DNA of 64,000 nucleotides from Gemmatimonadales bacterium (GCA_035491815.1 DATJKA010000047.1:12496-76495), one strand, 5' to 3'; positions 1-8,949 are shown, counted from the first letter of the stretch. Numbers and translations: made by a program. Notes: generated by a model from the sequence alone, not told the origin.

Positions 1-1
1 G

Positions 2-358
2 CCGCTCACGCGTTTCCGGGACTTCCGGATGGGCGACGCGTGGGTGTGGGGCATCGTCGCGTGGCTGGGCGTACTGATCCTGCCGGTCTCGCGCGCGTTG
101 CACGTCGCCGGCACGAACCTCGGCCTCGTCGCCGCGACCTTGTACGTGCTGCGCGGTGCCGCCATCGTCGCAACGTTCGCCGAGGCGTTCGGACTGTCGG
201 CGCTCGCGCTGGTGATCGCGGCTGCGGCCGCCGCGGCGCTGGCGGTGCCATTGATCTTCATCCTGCCGGGCCTCTGTACGCTCGGCATCACCGATACGTG
301 GTACCAGTACCGCCGCCGGCTCGCGGAAGCACGCGCACGGCGGACTCACATCAACTGA
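2..358 (+). CDS. integral membrane protein, C-terminal part (5' end outside window)
   Basis: The frame is open from the window edge, with the first ATG at 29. The translation is Ala/Leu/Val/Gly-rich with several hydrophobic helices and a basic tail. It lies directly upstream of rplI, where DUF2232/YybS-type membrane proteins are often found (weak family guess). Confidence 0.45.
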   Translation, partial: PLTRFRDFRMGDAWVWGIVAWLGVLILPVSRALHVAGTNLGLVAATLYVLRGAAIVATFAEAFGLSALALVIAAAAAAALAVPLIFILPGLCTLGITDTWYQYRRRLAEARARRTHIN

Positions 359-376
359 GCAGGGCGAGGAGTCACG

Positions 377-820
377 ATGGAAATCATTCTGCGCGCGGAT
401 GTGCAGCACCTGGGCAAGGTCGGCGACGTCGTCAAGGTGAAAGACGGCTATGCCCGCAATTTTCTCCTGCCCAAGGGCTTGGCTTACCCCGCGACCGACG
501 CGAACAAGAAGAAGATCGCCTTTGAGGCCGATCGGCTGTCCAAGCAGCAAGCCGCCGAAAAGAGCGCTGCCGAGTCGGAAGCGACACGGCTCGCCGAGGT
601 GCATCTCAGCTTCGCGGTGAAGGTCGGCGAGGAAGACAAGCTCTACGGCTCGATCACCGCGAGCGACATCCAGCGCAAGCTCGAGGAGCTCGGCATCCAC
701 GTGGACAAGCGCAAGGTGGACCTGCCCGAGCCGATCCGGGAGCTCGGCGACTTCCAGGTGGGCATCAAGATCCATCCGGAGGTTCGGCCCGAGGTGCGCG
801 TTACGGTGGTGAAGGAGTAA
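377..820 (+). CDS. rplI: 50S ribosomal protein L9 (bL9)
   Basis: 147 aa. The N-terminus MEIILRADVQHLGKVGDVVKVKDGYARNFLLPKGLA is the bL9 signature. A GAGGAG SD sits 5 nt upstream of the ATG. Confidence 0.95.
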   Translation: MEIILRADVQHLGKVGDVVKVKDGYARNFLLPKGLAYPATDANKKKIAFEADRLSKQQAAEKSAAESEATRLAEVHLSFAVKVGEEDKLYGSITASDIQRKLEELGIHVDKRKVDLPEPIRELGDFQVGIKIHPEVRPEVRVTVVKE

Positions 821-888
821 CGATCGTCGCGATCGGGTACGTCGACGGGCCGCGCTTCCGCCGCTCGCTGCTGGCCGCGGCGGATTGG

Positions 889-2622
889 GTGGCGGCCGGA
901 CGCGACGAGCTGAACCGGATCAACGTCTTTCCCGTGCCCGACGGCGACACCGGCACGAACATGTGCCTGACGCTGCGCGCCGTCGCCGGCGCGCTGCGCG
1001 ATCTCGGAGACGGCGACGCACCGCTCCCCCTCCCCGACGTCGCCGAAACGATGGCGCAGGCCAGCGTGCGCGGCGCGCGCGGCAACTCCGGCATGATGCT
1101 GTCGCAATTCCTGCTCGGCTTCCGTGAAGGCATCGGCCAGCGGCTGCGCATCAGCGCCCGCGAGCTCGCCCATGCCATCAGCATCGGCTTCGAGCGGCTG
1201 CGCTCCTCGCTGGACGAGCCGATGGAAGGCACGATTCTCACCGTGGCACGCGAGGCCGCCGAAGAAGCGGGGAATGCGCGCGGCGAGTCGGACCTCCGGG
1301 TCTTCATGAGCCGCATCGTCAATCGCGCCGAGGTCGCGTTGGCGCGCACACCCGAGCTGCTCGCCGCGCTGAAAAGCGCGGGCGTCGTGGATGCCGGGGC
1401 CAAGGGGTTCGTGCGGCTGCTCGACGGCGTCAAGCGTCTCATCGACGAGGGCCACATCGCCGAAGGCGCCGTCGATCGGATGGGGGCGACGTCCAACGCC
1501 GCCGCCCTGACCGACGTCGAGTCCGACCGCGACTACCGCTACTGCACGGAGCTGATGATCCGCTCCGCGTCTCTGCCCGATGCGGCCGACGTCCGCCGCG
1601 CGCTCCGGGCGCACGGCGCTTCGATCGTCGTGCTGTCGACGGGCGACCTCCTCAAAGCCCACATTCACACCGATGCGCCGGACGCCGTCTTCGCGCTTGC
1701 CGCGAGCTGGGGCACGCTCGAATCGACCAAGGCCGACGACATGCGCGCCCAGCACCAGGCGCTGCAGACGCGCCGGCCGATCGCCTTTGTGAGCGATACC
1801 GCCTGCGACTTGCCGGACGAGCTGGTGCTCCAGTACGACGTCGGGCTCGTCCCGATGCAGCTGATCGTCGACGACCGGGCGTACCGCGACCGCCTCGAGC
1901 TTTCGCCGGGCGAGTTCTTCCGCCGCATGCGAGCCGGGTTGGACGCCAGCACTTCTCAGCCGGCGCCCCAGGCATTCACAGATGCCTACCGGGATGCCGC
2001 ACGTGCCGGCGACCACGTCATCGCCGTGGTCGTATCGAGCGCCCTGTCCGGGACACACGGTAACGCGGAAGCCGCGGCGAAGCGCTTCGACGGCAAGCGC
2101 GTCACCGTGGTCGACAGCCGCAGCGCCTCCCTGGGCGAGGGCCTCCTGGTGATACGTGGCGTAGAGCTTGCTGCAGCCGGATGGGAGCGTGAGGCGATCG
2201 TGCGCGAGCTCGAACGGGTGCGCGGGCAATCGGGAGGCTTCTTTACGGTGGACAACTTCGAGCGGCTGGTCCGCTCCGGGCGCGTGGGCCGCGGCAAGGC
2301 CTGGCTCGGGACCAAGCTCAATCTCAAGCCGGTCATGGCGCTTACTATGGAAGGCCGGATCGAGCCGGTGGGCCGAGCGCGCGGGCGCGAGGCGGCCCGG
2401 CGCCGCGTGCTCGAGCTGCTCGACAAGGCCCTGACGCCCCGTCCTCGCACCCTGCGGATGGGCGTCGCGCATGGCGACATCCCCGAATTCGCAGAAGCGT
2501 TACGGCTTGAACTCGTGTCGCGCTACCGACCCATGCAGTGTTTGGTGACCCCGATCACCCCGGTGATCGCGGCGCACGCCGGGATCGGCGCCTGGGGAGT
2601 GTTCTACCAGAATGAAGACTGA
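889..2622 (+). CDS. DhaL/DAK2-domain protein fused to a DegV domain (FakA-N plus FakB-like)
   Basis: Contains the DAK2 motif NVFPVPDGDTGTNM, a FakA/YloV-type middle domain (YRYCTELMI...KAHIHTD) and a C-terminal DegV domain (IAFVSDTACDLP, STSQPAP). GTG 889 is the first canonical start, but homology continues upstream to about 823 (see finding). Confidence 0.85.
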   Translation: MAAGRDELNRINVFPVPDGDTGTNMCLTLRAVAGALRDLGDGDAPLPLPDVAETMAQASVRGARGNSGMMLSQFLLGFREGIGQRLRISARELAHAISIGFERLRSSLDEPMEGTILTVAREAAEEAGNARGESDLRVFMSRIVNRAEVALARTPELLAALKSAGVVDAGAKGFVRLLDGVKRLIDEGHIAEGAVDRMGATSNAAALTDVESDRDYRYCTELMIRSASLPDAADVRRALRAHGASIVVLSTGDLLKAHIHTDAPDAVFALAASWGTLESTKADDMRAQHQALQTRRPIAFVSDTACDLPDELVLQYDVGLVPMQLIVDDRAYRDRLELSPGEFFRRMRAGLDASTSQPAPQAFTDAYRDAARAGDHVIAVVVSSALSGTHGNAEAAAKRFDGKRVTVVDSRSASLGEGLLVIRGVELAAAGWEREAIVRELERVRGQSGGFFTVDNFERLVRSGRVGRGKAWLGTKLNLKPVMALTMEGRIEPVGRARGREAARRRVLELLDKALTPRPRTLRMGVAHGDIPEFAEALRLELVSRYRPMQCLVTPITPVIAAHAGIGAWGVFYQNED

Positions 2623-2956
2623 GCTCTCACAGGTTGTGAACGCGTTAATGGATCGCAAGGCCGTAGATCCGGTAGTATTGGATCTACGCGGCCTGTGCTC
2701 GGCCACCGACTATTTCGTGATCGTGTCGGGCACGTCCGACGCGCATGTGCGGGGCATGGCGGATCATCTGGTCGCCGCGCTCGCGCCGGAGGGGATCGAG
2801 CCGCATCATGTGGAAGGGCTCGCGCAGGGTCGCTGGGTCTTGCTCGACTACGTTGATTTCGTGGTGCACGTGTTTCATCCGGAGCTCAGGGAGTTCTACC
2901 AGCTCGAGCGCTTGTGGGGGGACGCTCCCGTGGTCGCTGGAGACTCGAAAGGCTAG
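2612..2956 (+). CDS. rsfS: ribosome silencing factor RsfS (iojap family)
   Basis: 114 aa with KAVDPVVLDLRGLCSATDYFVIVSGTSDAHVRGMADH and DYVDFVVHVFHPELREFYQLERLW, both typical of RsfS. It overlaps the previous gene by 11 nt. Confidence 0.9.
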   Translation: MKTELSQVVNALMDRKAVDPVVLDLRGLCSATDYFVIVSGTSDAHVRGMADHLVAALAPEGIEPHHVEGLAQGRWVLLDYVDFVVHVFHPELREFYQLERLWGDAPVVAGDSKG

Positions 2957-2962
2957 GGACGT

Positions 2963-5900
2963 ATGCAACGCATGACGCGTTCGATCCTCTTCGCCGCACT
3001 CGCGCTGCTTGTGGCACCGTCGCTCTCCGCCCAGTACTTCGGGAAGAACAAAGTTCAGTACACGAACTTCAAGTTCCAGACGATTCAGACCGAACACTTC
3101 GACATCTACTACTATCCCGACGAGCGCGGCGGCGCGCTGGACGCGGCCCGCATGGCCGAGCGCGCGTACGCGCGGTTGTCGCGCATCCTGCATCACCAGT
3201 TCCAGAGTCGGAAGCCGATCATCCTGTATGCGTCGCAGTCCGACTTCCAACAGACCAACGTCGTCGATGCGGGGGGCGAAGGTCTCGGCGGCGTCACGGA
3301 GTTTTACAAGCATCGCGCCGTGATGCCCTTTACCGGCTCCTACGCCGAGTTCGAGCACGTGCTGCAGCACGAGATGGTGCACCAGTTCCAGTACGATGTG
3401 TTCAGCCGCGGCCGCCCCGGCGCCGGCGTGCAGACGCTCATGAACGTGAATCCGCCGCTCTGGTTCATGGAGGGCATGGCGGAGTATCTGTCGCTCGGCC
3501 CGATCAATCCGGAGACGGCGATGTGGCTGCGCGACGCCGCGCTCAACGGGCACTTGCCGTCCATCGAAGAGATGTCGGAAGATCCCAGCATCTTCCCCTA
3601 TCGGTTCGGTCATGGATTGTGGGCCTACATCGGTGAGAAATGGGGCGACGACGTCATCGGGGAAATCCTGCAGAGCTCGGTGAGCTCCGGTATCGACGCG
3701 GCATTCAAGCGCGCGACCGGTCGCTCGCTGGAGCAGCTCTCGGACGACTGGCGCGACGCGATCCAGACGACGTTCCTGCCGCAACTCGGGGACCACTATC
3801 GCGCGCGCCGCATTGCGCAGCCGACGCTGACGGAGCGCCGCTCCAACGGGCGGGTCTTCCTGGCCCCCGCACTGACGCCGGACGGCCGGAGCATCGCGTT
3901 CTTCGGCGACGAGGGCGGGTTCTTCATCGACCTCTGGCTCGCCGATGCCGAGACGGGACGCGTGAAGCAGCGGCTCGTGAAATCCACGCTCAACAACAAT
4001 TACGAGAGCCTGCGGTTCATCAACTCGGCCGGCGCTTTCTCGCCCGACGGGCGGTTTTTCGCGATCGCGGCAAAGCGGAAGAACCGCGACGACCTCGTGA
4101 TTCTCGACGTCAAGAACGACCGCGAGGAGCGCCGCATCCAGGTGGGCCTCTCGGGCCTGCAGACGCCGCAGTGGTCGCCGGACGGTCAGCAGCTCGTGTT
4201 CACCGGATTCCACAACGGCTTCACCGATCTCTTCATCATCAATCGCGACGGCACAGGCCTGCGGCGGCTCACCGACGACAAGTATGCCGACTTGCACCCC
4301 GCATGGTCGCCGGACGGCAAGACGATCGCCTTCGTGACCGATCGGGGCGGCGAAACCGACTTCGATCTGCTCCGCTTCGGCAATCTCCGCGTCGCGCTCT
4401 TTCATCTCGACACCGGGACGATGGAGCTGCTCGGCCACATGGAAGTCGGGAAGAACATCAACCCCGTGTGGGCACCCGACGGAAAGTCCTTGGCGTTCGT
4501 CTCCGACCGCACCGGCGTCGCGAACCTCTTCTTGTATGACTTCGCGGACGGCGAGATCTATCAGCTGACCAACATGTTCACCGGCGTGCAGGGCATCACC
4601 CCGCTGTCACCGGTGTTGAGCTGGGCGCCGCAGGCCGATCGGATGGCGTTCGTCTATTACGAGGACGGCCAGTACAGCGTGTATTCGCTGGAGAATCCGC
4701 GCTCGCTCAAGCGCGCGCCGTATCGTGGCCCGAGCACCGCTCCCGTCGTCACGCTGCTCGAGGGCGAAGCGCGCGACACGCTGCTCCCGGCGCCGACGCC
4801 CACCGGCACGGCAGCGACGGGTGGTGGCGCCGCGGTTGCGAACGCCGGTCAGTCCGCGTCGTTCTACCGGTCCGCCGGAGGCTTCCGACCGTCGGCCACC
4901 CCCGCCCCCGCCGAATCGTCGGCGGTGGCGCCGACGGTGACCGTGCGCCAGCTCCTCGACTCTGCGTCGCTCGCGTTGCCGGACACGGCAGAGTTCTCGT
5001 TCAAGCCATATCGGGTGCGCTTCACCGCCGATTACGTCGTCCGTCCGACGGTGGGTTATGAGCGCGACAACTTCGGCCGCGGTTTCTTCGGCGGCACGGC
5101 GATCGCGCTGTCCGACATCCTCGGCAACCACGCGCTCGTGCTCGCCGGATCGATCAACGGCCGCATCAGCGAAGCACAGGTCCTCGGCCTCTACGTCAAT
5201 CAGACGCATCGTCTGAGCTGGGCCGGGGGTTTCTCGCAGGATCCGTTGTACTTCTACGGCGGCAGCGACTGGTCGCGCGCCGAAGATCCGAGCAGCCCCG
5301 GCGATAGCCTCGACGTCTTCTCGACGCGCATCCGCCGCTTCGTGATCCGCGATGCGTTCGTCGAGTCGCAGTATCCGTTCAGCCGATTCAATCGCATCGA
5401 GCTGGGCTTCCACGCGGTGAACATCGCCGAAGCAACGCTCGCGCTGCAGACGCTCTACGATGCGAGCGGCAATCCCGTCGACGAGCGCCTCGTCACCGGT
5501 AGCGGACCGTCGTCGTCGTACATCCAGCCGTCGATCGCGCACGTGCACGACAACGCGTTGTTCGGCTGGGTCGGGCCGTTTACCGGCGGCCGCTCGCGGC
5601 TGTCGGTGTCACCGGCGATCGGCTCGTGGAAATTCACGGCGGGCCTCTTCGATTACCGCCGCTACCTGTTCGCTCGGCCGTTCACGCTCGCGTTCCGGGG
5701 CTTGATGTTCGGTCGCTTCGGCCGCGACGCCGATCGCTTCCCGGTGTTCCTGGGCAGCACGGAGCTCATCCGCGGCTACACGGCCGGCTCGATCCGCAAC
5801 AACGAGTGCGTCGCCGATCCGACGAATACGAACACGGCGACGTGCGCGCAGCTCGATCAGCTGATCGGCTCCAAGATCGCCGTCGGGAACGTCGAGCTTC

Positions 5901-6193
5901 GCTTCCCGCTCACCCGCAGCCTCGTGCTCGGCTTCCTGCCCGTCGGCTTCCCGCCGATCGAGGGCGCGGTGTTCTACGACATCGGAATGGCGTGGAACGA
6001 CAACAGCATCGTGAAGTGGAATCGCGGGCCGACCGAGGACCCGGAGCTCGTGCGGACGCCGCTGCGCAGCTGGGGCGGATCGATTCGCGCCAACGTCTTC
6101 GGGCTGATGATCATGCGGCTCGATTACACCAAGCCGCTCGACCGGCCCCACAAGCGGTCGTATTGGACCATTAGTTTAGGTCCGACGTTCTAA
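2963..6193 (+). CDS. secreted fusion: HExxH metallopeptidase-like domain + PD40/TolB-type beta-propeller repeats + C-terminal Omp85/surface-antigen beta-barrel
   Basis: Signal peptide MQRMTRSILFAALALLVAPSLSAQ. HEMVH motif at nt 3368-3382. Repeated PD40 motifs (TPDGRSIAF, SPDGRFFA, WSPDGQQLVF, WSPDGKTIAFVTDR, WAPDGKSLAFVSDR). The C-terminus carries LIRGYTAGS, VELRFPL, GAVFYDIGMAW, LRLDYTKPL and a terminal Phe, as in Omp85 barrels. Confidence 0.85.
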   Translation: MQRMTRSILFAALALLVAPSLSAQYFGKNKVQYTNFKFQTIQTEHFDIYYYPDERGGALDAARMAERAYARLSRILHHQFQSRKPIILYASQSDFQQTNVVDAGGEGLGGVTEFYKHRAVMPFTGSYAEFEHVLQHEMVHQFQYDVFSRGRPGAGVQTLMNVNPPLWFMEGMAEYLSLGPINPETAMWLRDAALNGHLPSIEEMSEDPSIFPYRFGHGLWAYIGEKWGDDVIGEILQSSVSSGIDAAFKRATGRSLEQLSDDWRDAIQTTFLPQLGDHYRARRIAQPTLTERRSNGRVFLAPALTPDGRSIAFFGDEGGFFIDLWLADAETGRVKQRLVKSTLNNNYESLRFINSAGAFSPDGRFFAIAAKRKNRDDLVILDVKNDREERRIQVGLSGLQTPQWSPDGQQLVFTGFHNGFTDLFIINRDGTGLRRLTDDKYADLHPAWSPDGKTIAFVTDRGGETDFDLLRFGNLRVALFHLDTGTMELLGHMEVGKNINPVWAPDGKSLAFVSDRTGVANLFLYDFADGEIYQLTNMFTGVQGITPLSPVLSWAPQADRMAFVYYEDGQYSVYSLENPRSLKRAPYRGPSTAPVVTLLEGEARDTLLPAPTPTGTAATGGGAAVANAGQSASFYRSAGGFRPSATPAPAESSAVAPTVTVRQLLDSASLALPDTAEFSFKPYRVRFTADYVVRPTVGYERDNFGRGFFGGTAIALSDILGNHALVLAGSINGRISEAQVLGLYVNQTHRLSWAGGFSQDPLYFYGGSDWSRAEDPSSPGDSLDVFSTRIRRFVIRDAFVESQYPFSRFNRIELGFHAVNIAEATLALQTLYDASGNPVDERLVTGSGPSSSYIQPSIAHVHDNALFGWVGPFTGGRSRLSVSPAIGSWKFTAGLFDYRRYLFARPFTLAFRGLMFGRFGRDADRFPVFLGSTELIRGYTAGSIRNNECVADPTNTNTATCAQLDQLIGSKIAVGNVELRFPLTRSLVLGFLPVGFPPIEGAVFYDIGMAWNDNSIVKWNRGPTEDPELVRTPLRSWGGSIRANVFGLMIMRLDYTKPLDRPHKRSYWTISLGPTF

Positions 6194-6218
6194 CTCCGCT
6201 TCGCTAAAACAGTTGCCT

Positions 6219-6255
6219 TGGCCTCGCCGGTTGTCTATCTTGTCCGGCGAGGCCA
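6219..6255 (+). terminator. perfect 12-bp stem / 13-nt loop hairpin followed by TTT (terminator or SD-sequestering hairpin)
   Basis: TGGCCTCGCCGG (6219-6230) pairs perfectly with CCGGCGAGGCCA (6244-6255), followed by TTTG. It sits 26 nt after the stop of the 1076-aa gene. The 3' arm contains the GAGG that would serve TTG 6257. Confidence 0.4.
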
Positions 6256-6256
6256 T

Positions 6257-7642
6257 TTGCCTACCACCCGCTTCCTTCTGTTCGCCGCCGTCACGCTGTG
6301 GGGCTGCGGATCCCGAGCGCCGGGAGCCGTGTCCTCTCAAGCTCAGTCGCCTCAACAAGTTAGCCAAGCACAGATCCAGGCCCGCACCCCCGGCGTAGCC
6401 ATTCGGCTGGCCGCCAAAGGCGGGACACCGATGCTCTATCGCCTCCCGCGCCTGACGGCGGTCGAGGGGGTCCTGCGCGGCAAGCTGCCCCCCGTCGAGC
6501 GGGTGGTCGGCCTGGACCCCGAGTCCGAGTTCTTGTTTGTCACGACCGCCAAGCACGAACTGCTCACGCTCGATCTCGGCAGCGGACGCGTCGACACGGT
6601 CGCGACGAACGTGCGCCAGGCGGCGCTCGGCCCCGACGGCACGCTGTACGCCGTCGACTCGCTGCGGCACGTCATCTCGCTGTCGCGCCGCACGCGATTT
6701 ACGTGGCCGCAGGCGCTGACGGCGATGCCGCGCGATCTCTTCGGCGCCGCCGATCAACATCTCGTCGGCGTCATTCCGCAGGACAAGCTCCTCGTCGCGG
6801 CGGCCGACCAACCCCCGACGGTTCATCCAATCGCGACCGGCGGTGACGTCGCGGCGTCGCGGTGGGGCGACCTCGTCGCCGTCGCCAGTGACTCCGGGGT
6901 GACGCTCTACGATCCCGTCGGCCGGCGCGAGCCGGCGTTCGTGCGGCTCGACGATGCACCGCGTGCGCTCGCGTTTTCGCCGTCGGGCCACCGCATCTAC
7001 GTCGCGCGCCGCAGCGTGCCGGGCCTCGCAGTGATCGACCGCTTCGATCGCAAGGAGCTGGACGGCGTGGCGCTCCCGGGACCCGTCGCCGCGCTCCGGC
7101 TCGATCCGCTCGGCCGCTGGCTGCTCGCGCGCCCGGCCGTGGGCGATTCGGCATGGATCGTCGATCTGCCGATCAAGCGGCACACGGGAATCATTCCGAC
7201 GGAATGGCAATCCGATCTGCCGACGGTTTCGCCCGACGGCATGCTGATCTATCGTCGCGGCAAGGACGTGATTTCCGCACGACCGGATTCGTTGAACGAC
7301 GTGGGTAAGGTCACGAACGGCGCGGCGGATCTCTGGGTGCTCACGACCTGGCTGCCGCGCGGCGTGCCGTCGAGCGTCGCCAGCACGACCGCGGCCGACA
7401 GCGCGGGCGCCGGCGCGGAAGGCCCGCTCTACGTGCAGGTCTCGACGTCGCAGAATCCGGAGTGGTCCGGCCATCTGGCCGACGATCTGACGCGCGCCGG
7501 GCTCGCCGCACGCGTGTTGCCGCCGCAACATCCCGACGACGGCTATCGCGTCGTCCTCGGTCCCTATGCGACGCGCGAGCAGGCGGAAGCAACCGGCCGG
7601 CGGCTCGGACGTCCGTTCTGGATCTACCAGCCCGGCCAGTGA
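6257..7642 (+). CDS. lipoprotein with YVTN-type beta-propeller repeats and a C-terminal SPOR domain
   Basis: A TTG 6257 start gives MPTTRFLLFAAVTLWGC, a lipobox-like LWGC; the alternative TTG 6218 would put the hairpin inside the CDS. Propeller-like motifs include GPDGTLYAVD and SPSGHRIYVARRSVPGLAVIDRF. The C-terminal LYVQVSTSQNPEWSG...YRVVLGPYATREQAEA matches the SPOR pattern. Confidence 0.7.
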   Translation: MPTTRFLLFAAVTLWGCGSRAPGAVSSQAQSPQQVSQAQIQARTPGVAIRLAAKGGTPMLYRLPRLTAVEGVLRGKLPPVERVVGLDPESEFLFVTTAKHELLTLDLGSGRVDTVATNVRQAALGPDGTLYAVDSLRHVISLSRRTRFTWPQALTAMPRDLFGAADQHLVGVIPQDKLLVAAADQPPTVHPIATGGDVAASRWGDLVAVASDSGVTLYDPVGRREPAFVRLDDAPRALAFSPSGHRIYVARRSVPGLAVIDRFDRKELDGVALPGPVAALRLDPLGRWLLARPAVGDSAWIVDLPIKRHTGIIPTEWQSDLPTVSPDGMLIYRRGKDVISARPDSLNDVGKVTNGAADLWVLTTWLPRGVPSSVASTTAADSAGAGAEGPLYVQVSTSQNPEWSGHLADDLTRAGLAARVLPPQHPDDGYRVVLGPYATREQAEATGRRLGRPFWIYQPGQ

Positions 7643-8949
7643 GCACCGTGCGCCAGCTGCCGCTCTCGCGGCTCGGTCACCTGGTGCCGCCGCTGCTTGA
7701 GGGCGCGGCGCTGGTCGCCCTCGCGCCGCTGAGCGACGATCTCGCGTGGGCCGCGAAGGCCGCGTGGGACATCGCGCGCATTGCCGCGCGCGACGGGCGG
7801 AAGGTCGCGCTTGTCGATCTCGAGCTCGAGCATCCCACGTTGCACACCGTCGTCGGACTCGCGACGACCGAAGGCATCGTGGACGCATTCGAATACGGCG
7901 TGTCGTTGACCAAGGCCGCGCATGAGGTGCACGGCGTCTTCCTGATTCCCACCGGTACGGACACCGCGAAGGCCTCGGAGTTGTACGCCCATTCGCGCTG
8001 GCGGAAGCTGCAGGCGGGATTTCGCTCCGAAGGCGCGCTGCTGCTCGTGTTCATTCGGCCCGGCGCGCTCGCGCAATTCGCGGCCGATCCCGACGGTGTC
8101 ATCGTGCTCGCGCCCGAAGGAGTGACCGGCACGCTCGCGCTGCGGCGCGACCTCCCGCTGCTCGGTGTCGTGCGCGACCGCTGGCTCCCCTCGGGGCCGC
8201 AGGCCCGCGTGTCGGTGCCGCTGCCCGCACAGCCGCTGCCGCCGCCTCGGCCCGGCTTCCCCGTGCCGATCGACGTCGAGCCGCGGCGCCGTACCGGTGT
8301 CCGGGTCGTGCTGGCGGCGGGCCTCGTCATCGCCGTGGGCCTGGGAGGATGGACCCTCTTCGCCCGAGCCAGGGAGTCGGGTGAAGTGGCCGGCGGATTC
8401 GTGGCACCGCCGGCCGCTCCGCCGACTCCCGCCGCGTCGACGTCGTCGTCTGCAGTCGCCACATCCTCCACCAACCATCACGCGCCGCCGGCCGCTTCCC
8501 TCGACACACTCGGATGGACCGTCCAGCTCGCGGCCTACGCGTCGCTCGACAAGGCGCTCGCGCAAGCAGATCAGTTGGCCGCGGATGCCGGCGTGCCGAC
8601 GCTCGTGACGCCGGTGGCGCAGAACGAGCACGGTCGCGTGTGGTATCGCGTCCTGGCCGGCTCGTACGCGACGCGGTCCGCCGCCGCCGAGGCGCGCGCC
8701 GGCTGGTGGCAGCGCGGCGTCGCGGCGGAAGGCATCGGCGATCTGCTGCAGGCGCCGTACTCGTACCACGCGGCTGCGGATGCGTCACTCGACATGCTGC
8801 GGCGCCGCGGGTTGCCCGCCGTGCGCTGGACGAACGGCGCCATTCTGATGGGCGCGTTCGAAACCCGCGATCAGGCGGCGTTGACCCAAGCCGCACTCAA
8901 GCGCGCCGGCGTGCGCGCGAACCTACTCCCTCGCATGGGGACACCATGA
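7639..8949 (+). CDS. bitopic membrane protein: degenerate MinD/BY-kinase-like P-loop domain + TM helix + two SPOR domains
   Basis: GTG 7639 overlaps the upstream TGA (GTGA). The N-domain aligns by eye to BY-kinase/MinD (KVALVDLELEHPTLHTVVGL..EGIVDAF, GVFLIPTGTD, LLLVFIRP, DGVIVLAP) but lacks a Walker A lysine. The TM helix is VRVVLAAGLVIAVGLGGWTLF. SPOR-like segments are GWTVQLAAYASLDKA...WYRVLAGSYATRSAAAEA and a second copy. The longer ORF from 7462 is an out-of-frame overlap artefact. Confidence 0.7.
   Translation: MSTVRQLPLSRLGHLVPPLLEGAALVALAPLSDDLAWAAKAAWDIARIAARDGRKVALVDLELEHPTLHTVVGLATTEGIVDAFEYGVSLTKAAHEVHGVFLIPTGTDTAKASELYAHSRWRKLQAGFRSEGALLLVFIRPGALAQFAADPDGVIVLAPEGVTGTLALRRDLPLLGVVRDRWLPSGPQARVSVPLPAQPLPPPRPGFPVPIDVEPRRRTGVRVVLAAGLVIAVGLGGWTLFARARESGEVAGGFVAPPAAPPTPAASTSSSAVATSSTNHHAPPAASLDTLGWTVQLAAYASLDKALAQADQLAADAGVPTLVTPVAQNEHGRVWYRVLAGSYATRSAAAEARAGWWQRGVAAEGIGDLLQAPYSYHAAADASLDMLRRRGLPAVRWTNGAILMGAFETRDQAALTQAALKRAGVRANLLPRMGTP

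Noticed and set aside
8514-8945. N-terminal extensions in the ORF track: SMC from 8514, RF1 to 22720, bL31 to 22970, Lnt to 35955, SpoIID-like to 38273, HemL to 39993, the sigma-54 activator to 47121, the Kef-type antiporter from 53274, MlaF-like from 25906 and EamA from 48949.
   Set aside because: The extensions overlap the preceding gene in another frame and are Arg-rich junk. In each case they end at an internal ATG/GTG that both matches the family N-terminus and forms a 1-4 nt overlap with the upstream stop.
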